From Blastocatellia bacterium (lineage in GTDB: Bacteria; Acidobacteriota; Blastocatellia; UBA7656), in contig CAVXWP010000007.1 in assembly GCA_963765495.1 (NCBI GenBank), forward strand, positions 352,001 through 416,000: a stretch of DNA of 64,000 nt, read 5' to 3'. Positions within the stretch are counted from its first letter, which is position 1. Every line of letters begins with the position of its first letter. The notes beneath the pieces are model-generated. The model did not search any database, was not told the origin of the DNA, and saw only the letters and a list, made by a program, of their open reading frames with translations. The translations under genes and the position numbers were made by a program. Below, piece by piece: positions 63,021 through 64,000 of the stretch.

Positions 63021-64000
63021 TTAGTGAAGCAAGATGGAATTCTTGGTCACCACATCGTTGTAAGATTCACATTCGCCGCTGGCGCACTGTTTGAGCAGGT
63101 CTTCGATCTTTTGCAGGAGTTGCGTGCTGAAATGATTCGGCTCGGCCTGCGGATGCGGCGGCGCGTAGTAATTGAAATAGCTCCGAATAATCAGGCTTCG
63201 GTTGTCTATCGGCAATGTCTTTACGTTTTCCACAAACTTGTCGAACGTCCCCTGTCGGAGCAAATAAAACTCTACGTTCGACACGTAAAAGGCTGAAACC
63301 TTCTCGTTTGTCTCTTTCAGATATTGTCCGATGGCTTTTAGCGCCGTGGGGCCTGACAGATCGCCGACGACCGGAATAATCAGGTCTTCATCTTCCATCT
63401 TCTTGATAAACTGAAAATCGTCTTCGGAGTTGAAATAATTCTCGCGGTTGCCTGAAAGATCGCGCTCCAAAAGCAGGTCTCTGTAGGTCGGATAGATCGA
63501 GCGAGGAGGTCGGTGATGGCTCGAGTAGCGTATGTCAAGCCCGGCCGTGAAGAAGGCTTTTTGAATGGTTTCGATGGTTTCGAGGTCTGTCGCCGAGAGT
63601 GCTATGCCGTATTTCTGAACATCGCGCCTTAGCTCTTTCGCCGTCTGGTCGAACAGTTTTGGATTCGACGGAGTGTTATCGATGTAATCTACTAGCTCCT
63701 GAATGGAGCGATTTTCCCATCCTTTGTTTTTCGGAAAAGGCTTGCCGAAAAACAGGCAGAGATATTCGATGCGATTGCGGGCGCGAGCAAACATTGCTTT
63801 GTATATCAGGTGTTGGAGTTGATTATCTCGGCGTATGTCTATGATGATGGCCTTATGCGGGCGAATCTTTGCAATGTAGGTGAAATTCTGATCGGGGCCT
63901 ACGCCCAGATAAACGCCGCCGCTCACGCCTATCTCGCGCAGTTTGCCGAGCACGTGCAGGTAAGAGGTTTCATTCGATATAAGGTTGTCGGAATCAAAGA
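63021..64000 (-). CDS. Conserved-looking hypothetical protein, 5' end outside the window
   Basis: Frame stays open to the window edge (FDSDNLISNETSYLHVLGK...GGVYLGVGPDQNFTYIA...FYVSNVEFYL). Confidence 0.75.
   Translation of the reverse strand, partial: FDSDNLISNETSYLHVLGKLREIGVSGGVYLGVGPDQNFTYIAKIRPHKAIIIDIRRDNQLQHLIYKAMFARARNRIEYLCLFFGKPFPKNKGWENRSIQELVDYIDNTPSNPKLFDQTAKELRRDVQKYGIALSATDLETIETIQKAFFTAGLDIRYSSHHRPPRSIYPTYRDLLLERDLSGNRENYFNSEDDFQFIKKMEDEDLIIPVVGDLSGPTALKAIGQYLKETNEKVSAFYVSNVEFYLLRQGTFDKFVENVKTLPIDNRSLIIRSYFNYYAPPHPQAEPNHFSTQLLQKIEDLLKQCASGECESYNDVVTKNSILLH

Overview
64-kb chromosomal window from a moderately GC-rich bacterium. The 16S signatures and gene content suggest Acidobacteriota, probably Blastocatellia-like; this is an inference, not checked against a database. 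The window is mostly core and metabolic: a penicillin acylase, glcE/glcF, pilT, ruvA, a DnaC-like ATPase, a TetR(PaaR-like)-controlled acyl-CoA/aldehyde catabolic operon, thiO, a complete rRNA operon (16S, tRNA-Ile, tRNA-Ala, 23S, 5S), dxr-rseP, a subtilase, a divergent PP2C phosphatase / Ser-Thr kinase pair, a cobalamin uptake operon with two B12 riboswitches, namZ, proBA and a 2167-aa secreted propeller-FN3-PKD-dockerin-cohesin-C25 protein. No transposase, integrase, phage gene or CRISPR array was seen. The most striking unexplained structure is a dense family of about 18 non-coding elements built from short tandem oligomers (7-mers, or 8-10-mers), mostly arranged as inverted arms around a variable spacer. 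They occupy many intergenic gaps and also sit inside structured RNAs: an ~100-nt intervening sequence in 23S helix 45 (25 nt of it an exact reverse complement of an intergenic copy), the tRNA spacer and a cobalamin riboswitch. Coordinates were counted by eye and start codons are best guesses.
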